From contig CASEJU010000013.1 of NCBI GenBank assembly GCA_949288335.1, positions 1 through 45,045 on the forward strand: 45,045 bases of DNA. Direction: 5' to 3'. The notes under the pieces were generated by a model. That model was not told the DNA's origin and did no database searches. It saw only the letters and a list, made by a program, of their open reading frames with translations. The stretch comes from an uncultured bacterium. GTDB lineage: Bacteria > Bacillota_I > Bacilli_A > RF39 > UBA660. This document shows positions 41,087 through 45,045 of this stretch, in pieces. Every line of letters begins with the position of its first letter. Positions within the stretch are counted from its first letter, which is position 1. A program made the position numbers and the translations under genes.

Positions 41087-43120
41087 ATGAATAAAGAAAG
41101 TAAAAACGAAATTATAAATGGTAGAATAGTAATCGTTTTATTTTTTATGTTTTTTCTTTTTTTAATATTAATACTTAGAATATCTTATCTTCAATTATTT
41201 AATACTAAAGCATCCTTATCCGAGTTAAAGAAGCTATCTACAAAAATAGTTTATGGAAAATCAATGCCGAGGGGAAGAATTTATGACAGGAATTTAAACG
41301 TAATTGTAGATAACGTTGGTATAAACACGATTAGTTATAAAAAAGAGCTTGGTGTTAAGACGAGTGATGAAATAGAAATAGCGTATTTATTAGCGGAAAA
41401 AATAGACGTTGATTACGTAAAACTAACAACAAACATTCTAAAAGATTTTTGGATAGTAAATAATCAAGAAGAAGCTGATGATAAAATAACAAAAAAAGAA
41501 TATGAAGCTTACGAAAGAAGAAAATTAAAAGCGAAGGATATTGAAAAATTAAAAAAAGAAAGAATAACAAAAGAAGAATTAAGCGTATATGACGAAGTTG
41601 ATAAAGAAGCGGCTTACATATATTATTTGATGTTAAACGGTTATTCTTATGATGAGAAAGTAATAAAAGAAGAAGCAACGGATGAGGAGTATGCTTTTGT
41701 TGCACAAAACAAAGATAAACTACCCGGGGTATCAACGTCTACTTCATGGAAAAGAACGTATCCTTATGGTGATACCTTAAGACAAATACTAGGTAACGTA
41801 TCAACGAGCAGCCAAGGTATTCCAGAAGAATTAAAATCTGAGTATTTAAATGATGGGTACGCTTTAAACGACCGGGTTGGATTAAGTTATTTAGAATTAC
41901 AATACGAAAAAGAACTTAAGGGTAAAAAAGATAAATATAAGGTTCAAAATGGTAAAAAAACTTTAGTAGAAAAGGGTAGTAAAGGAAATGATATAGTACT
42001 ATCAATTGATATTAATTTACAGCAAGAGTTAGAAAAAATTTTACAAGAAGAACTTATTAACGCAAAAAAAGAACCTAATACCGAGTATTATGATCATTCG
42101 TCCGTTGTTATAACGGATCCTAATACTGGAGAGATTCTTGCGATGGCTTCTAAACAGATTACGAAAACATCCGATGGATATAAAGTAAGTGATTACACAA
42201 CTAATTTATTAACCGGAAGTGATACCCCGGGTTCAATAGTTAAAGGAGCATCAATGCTTGTTGGTTACAAAACTGGTAATTTACAAATAGGAGAAGTATT
42301 TTATGATAAATGTATAAAGTTTAAAAACACACCACAAAAGTGTTCTTGGAGTACTTCTTTGGGTGCTTTAAACGACATAAAGGCTTTGCAATTATCATCA
42401 AACTCTTATCAGTTTCAATTGGCGTTAAAAGTTGCTGGTGTAAATTATTATTACAACATGCCAATAAAAATAGATGATAGTGCACTAAATACCTATAGAA
42501 ACGTGTTTAATTCTCTTGGACTGGGAGTAAAATCAGGCATTGATTTGCCATTTGAAACCGAAGGCTATAAAGGAAAGCAATCTAACGCTGGGCTTTTACT
42601 TAACTTTGCAATTGGTCAGTATGATACTTATTCTGCAATGCAACTATCAAGTTACATTAACACGCTTGCAAACGATGGAAAAAGATTAAAACTTAACTTG
42701 GTAAAAGAAATAAGAAAGGCGACCCAAGATGACGGTATTGGGGAGGTTAAAAGCTCTTATGAACCAGTTGTTTTAAATACTTCATCAATCGATAAAGTGT
42801 ATTTTGAAAGGATAAAAGAAGGCTTTAAAAGCGTTATGCAAGGATCACTTGGAAGAGGATACATGGGAAATGCTCCAAATCCAGCGGGAAAAACGGGAAC
42901 CTCAGAAACCTTTTACGATAGCGATGGCGATGGTGTGGTAGATAAAGAAACCTATAGTAAGTCATTTGTTGGTTATGCACCTTATGATAATCCGGTTATG
43001 AGTATCATTTCAATATCCCCTCACGTTAGGTATAAAAAAAGTTCATCAACGTATGCTAGTAGTGTCAATAAAAGAATTGTATCAAGAATTTGTAATATTT
43101 TCTTTGAAAATTATGAATAA
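41087..43120 (+). CDS. Class B penicillin-binding protein (transpeptidase; PBP2/SpoVD/PbpI-like)
   Basis: N-terminal TM anchor and a PBP dimerisation domain. Transpeptidase motifs SIVK (TPGSIVKG), SSN (LSSNSY) and KTGTSE are present. Confidence 0.92.
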   Translation: MNKESKNEIINGRIVIVLFFMFFLFLILILRISYLQLFNTKASLSELKKLSTKIVYGKSMPRGRIYDRNLNVIVDNVGINTISYKKELGVKTSDEIEIAYLLAEKIDVDYVKLTTNILKDFWIVNNQEEADDKITKKEYEAYERRKLKAKDIEKLKKERITKEELSVYDEVDKEAAYIYYLMLNGYSYDEKVIKEEATDEEYAFVAQNKDKLPGVSTSTSWKRTYPYGDTLRQILGNVSTSSQGIPEELKSEYLNDGYALNDRVGLSYLELQYEKELKGKKDKYKVQNGKKTLVEKGSKGNDIVLSIDINLQQELEKILQEELINAKKEPNTEYYDHSSVVITDPNTGEILAMASKQITKTSDGYKVSDYTTNLLTGSDTPGSIVKGASMLVGYKTGNLQIGEVFYDKCIKFKNTPQKCSWSTSLGALNDIKALQLSSNSYQFQLALKVAGVNYYYNMPIKIDDSALNTYRNVFNSLGLGVKSGIDLPFETEGYKGKQSNAGLLLNFAIGQYDTYSAMQLSSYINTLANDGKRLKLNLVKEIRKATQDDGIGEVKSSYEPVVLNTSSIDKVYFERIKEGFKSVMQGSLGRGYMGNAPNPAGKTGTSETFYDSDGDGVVDKETYSKSFVGYAPYDNPVMSIISISPHVRYKKSSSTYASSVNKRIVSRICNIFFENYE

Positions 43121-43165
43121 TCTGATATAATACCATTAGTTAACTTCGAAAAGGAGGGGAATTTT

Positions 43166-43333
43166 ATGGCAAAAAATGAAAATAGAGCTAACGTATCTTT
43201 AAAATGTACTAAGTGTGGTAACATAAATTATCGTACTCCAAAGAACAAGGTAAATAGCCCTGAACGTATGGAAATAAGTAAGTTCTGTAAGTTTTGTAAA
43301 GAACATACTAATCACAAAGAAACTAAAAACTAA
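43166..43333 (+). CDS. rpmG: 50S ribosomal protein L33 (zinc-ribbon type); not in the supplied ORF track
   Basis: The SD aaggagggg lies 7 nt upstream of ATG 43166. The product is MAKNENRANVSLKCTKCGNINYRTPKNKVNSPERMEISKFCKFCKEHTNHKETKN (CxxC...CxxC). Confidence 0.9.
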   Translation: MAKNENRANVSLKCTKCGNINYRTPKNKVNSPERMEISKFCKFCKEHTNHKETKN

Positions 43334-43357
43334 TAAGCTTATAAGGCTTATTTTTTA
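43332..43357 (+). terminator. Rho-independent terminator after rpmG
   Basis: aataagc (43332-43338) / gcttatt (43346-43352), then a T-run. Confidence 0.6.
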
Positions 43358-43385
43358 TCGTATTTAAAAGAAAGGAGTAGTAAAG

Positions 43386-43943
43386 ATGGTAAACGTAAAT
43401 GACATAAAAAACGGAATGACCATTGAAGATGAGGGAAACATTTTCCAAGTTTTAGAATTTCAGCACGTTAAACCTGGAAAAGGTGCGGCTTTCGTTAAAA
43501 TGAAATTAAAAAATTTAAGAACTGGTGCAACGCTTGAAAAAACATATAACAGTAGCGTTAAGCTAGCTAAAGCTCACGTTCAAAGAAAACCAATGCAGTA
43601 TTTATACCAAGCAGGTGATGCATATAGTTTTATGGATATGAATACTTATGAGCAAGTTGAGTTATCAGCATCTCAAATTGGTGATGACTTAAAATACTTA
43701 AAAGAAAACTTAATGGTTGATTTAATATACTATGGTGAAGAGTTAATCGGACTTAACTTACCTGAAAAGATTGATTACGTAATTACCGCAACAGAACAAG
43801 CTGTTAAAGGTAACACATCATCTGGTGCTCAAAAAGACGCTACACTAGAAAACGGAATGACCATAAAGGTTCCTTTGTTTATTAACGAAGGTGAAAGCGT
43901 ACTTGTTTCAACCAAAGATGGAAAATATGTATCAAGAGCCTAA
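43386..43943 (+). CDS. efp: Translation elongation factor P
   Basis: 185 aa with FQHVKPGKGAAFVKMKLKNLRTG (modified-Lys loop) and full-length EF-P similarity. Confidence 0.97.
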   Translation: MVNVNDIKNGMTIEDEGNIFQVLEFQHVKPGKGAAFVKMKLKNLRTGATLEKTYNSSVKLAKAHVQRKPMQYLYQAGDAYSFMDMNTYEQVELSASQIGDDLKYLKENLMVDLIYYGEELIGLNLPEKIDYVITATEQAVKGNTSSGAQKDATLENGMTIKVPLFINEGESVLVSTKDGKYVSRA

Positions 43944-43975
43944 ATGGCTTTTTTCTGTTATAAAGAGGTGTTATA

Positions 43976-44212
43976 TTGAAAAACTTTTTTAAAAAGCATG
44001 ATGAAATAACAAAAGATGAAAATGATAATCTTAAACAGTTTGATGAAAATGGTAAAATAATAATATATGTGTACGATAAGGATTTTGATGCAAAAAATAT
44101 GATGATCCATTCCTCGATTGTACTTTTAAAAAACATCCAGATAGTGACGTATTATGTGATACGGACGGTTTTGATTTTGGGTATGATGGTTTTAGTAAAA
44201 AGCTTAATCTAA
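43976..44212 (+). CDS. Hypothetical small protein; the reading frame is questionable downstream of the A6 run at 44092-44097
   Basis: TTG 43976 follows SD gaggtg. The hydrophilic D/K-rich N-terminal half switches abruptly to a hydrophobic tail. An overlapping -1 frame continues hydrophilic to TAA 44233-44235. Confidence 0.4.
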   Translation: MKNFFKKHDEITKDENDNLKQFDENGKIIIYVYDKDFDAKNMMIHSSIVLLKNIQIVTYYVIRTVLILGMMVLVKSLI

Positions 44213-44328
44213 AAAATAATAGAAGAAAAAAGTAAAATTTTCTCTTTTTTTAATATAGCTATTTTAAAAATTAAATAATTGTGTTAAAATGTTTTATATA
44301 GTAGTACAAAATATATGGAGGGATAAAC

Positions 44329-44724
44329 ATGGCATTCAGTTTAAAAAAATTCTTAGGTAGTAGTGATGTTTCAAGTGAGGATGAATATTATACACTAAGC
44401 GTTGAGGAAGCAACAAGAGAAGAAGCTCAAGAGGGTAGTAAAATGATTCTTTTAGAACCTAGGGCATATTCTGAATCACAACAAATCGCTGATTACTTAA
44501 AGAAAAGAAACACGGTTGTTGTTAATTTAAAAAGAGTAACACCTGATCAAGGTAAAAGAATAATTGATTTTGTAAGCGGATGTTTATATGCAATCGGTGG
44601 AACCATGCAAAAACTGGGTGATGGTATATTTTTATGCGCTCCTAAAAACATAAACGTACAAGGTAAAATGACCGATGAAGACGAACCTAAAAGAGGAAGA
44701 AAAAATATATCTGAAGATTTTTAA
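44329..44724 (+). CDS. sepF: Cell division protein SepF
   Basis: DUF552 core is present: ILLEPRAYSESQQIADYLKKRNTVVVNLKRV..DQGKRIIDFVSGCLYAIGGTMQKLGDGIFLCAP. Confidence 0.9.
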   Translation: MAFSLKKFLGSSDVSSEDEYYTLSVEEATREEAQEGSKMILLEPRAYSESQQIADYLKKRNTVVVNLKRVTPDQGKRIIDFVSGCLYAIGGTMQKLGDGIFLCAPKNINVQGKMTDEDEPKRGRKNISEDF

Positions 44725-44734
44725 AAGATAACAA

Positions 44735-44769
44735 AAAAGGATAAGTAAATTTTTCTACTTATCCTTTTT
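44735..44769. terminator. Bidirectional terminator between sepF and the convergent ORF
   Basis: 13-bp stem aaaaggataagta (44735-44747) / tacttatcctttt (44756-44768). Confidence 0.8.
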
Positions 44770-44774
44770 ATATT

Positions 44775-45044
44775 TTACATATGCATTTGATTTTGATTTC
44801 GATATTGATCTAACCATTCACCATATAATTCGTCAATTTCTACGAGTTTTTTTGCTTCGTTGTAAAGAGGTTCTAGATTTTTAGATTCAATTGCAGCAAT
44901 TACGTCTTTTGGATCTATTTTACTTTGTCTTGCATCATCTAAATATCTTCCTACAAAATCACTATTTTGAGAAAGTAAGTTATCTACTTTAGGATTGTTT
45001 AAGGCTTGTTGCACCCTTTGTTTAAATGATTCATTATATTCCAT
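44775..45044 (-). CDS. Hypothetical protein; the N-terminus may extend beyond the window edge
   Basis: The open frame reaches the last bases of the window, and ATG 45044-45042 has no visible upstream context. No motif recognised. Confidence 0.4.
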   Translation of the reverse strand: MEYNESFKQRVQQALNNPKVDNLLSQNSDFVGRYLDDARQSKIDPKDVIAAIESKNLEPLYNEAKKLVEIDELYGEWLDQYRNQNQMHM

Positions 45045-45045
45045 A

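Overview
Very AT-rich chromosomal segment, by eye about 30% GC or lower, from an endospore-forming low-GC Firmicute (Bacillota). It uses the standard genetic code. Most genes lie on the + strand and genes are tightly packed. I found no rRNA, tRNA, CRISPR array or mobile element. Recognisable housekeeping genes are truB, rpsO, pnp, rnj, ftsY-ylxM-ffh, rpoZ, recX, a prsA-like PPIase, a sufS-like desulfurase, an ssb, metK, gpsA, sufC plus a sufB/D-type gene, a tmcAL/ylbM-type gene, a class B PBP, rpmG, efp and sepF. Sporulation genes are interspersed among them: a CotD-like coat protein, two tiny YjcZ-like genes missed by the ORF track, a DacB/DacF-like carboxypeptidase, a YloB-like P-type ATPase, spoIIAA-sigF, and a Clostridia-style spoVAC-spoVAD-spoVAEb operon. 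Several lineage-specific K/E/N/D-rich helical proteins are also present. The most interesting points are: (1) spoIIAA overlaps sigF directly, leaving no room for the anti-sigma kinase spoIIAB, and a perfect Spo0A box lies upstream; (2) a 917-aa protein is built from at least five tandem sigma-70-region-4/YlxM-like HTH modules; (3) a 218-aa protein is made of three tandem resolvase-type HTH modules, directly upstream of spoIIAA; (4) a RelA/SpoT-type HD hydrolase domain is fused to a dNK/P-loop kinase-like domain; (5) a tail-anchored mini-protein with an AT-hook-like motif and its own terminator splits ylxM from ffh; (6) there are two apparent frameshifts (second yjcZ-like gene; ORF downstream of efp); (7) very compact -10/SD/ATG cassettes recur, including near-identical pairs. 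Many ORF-track starts are over-extended and I corrected them using SD spacing.
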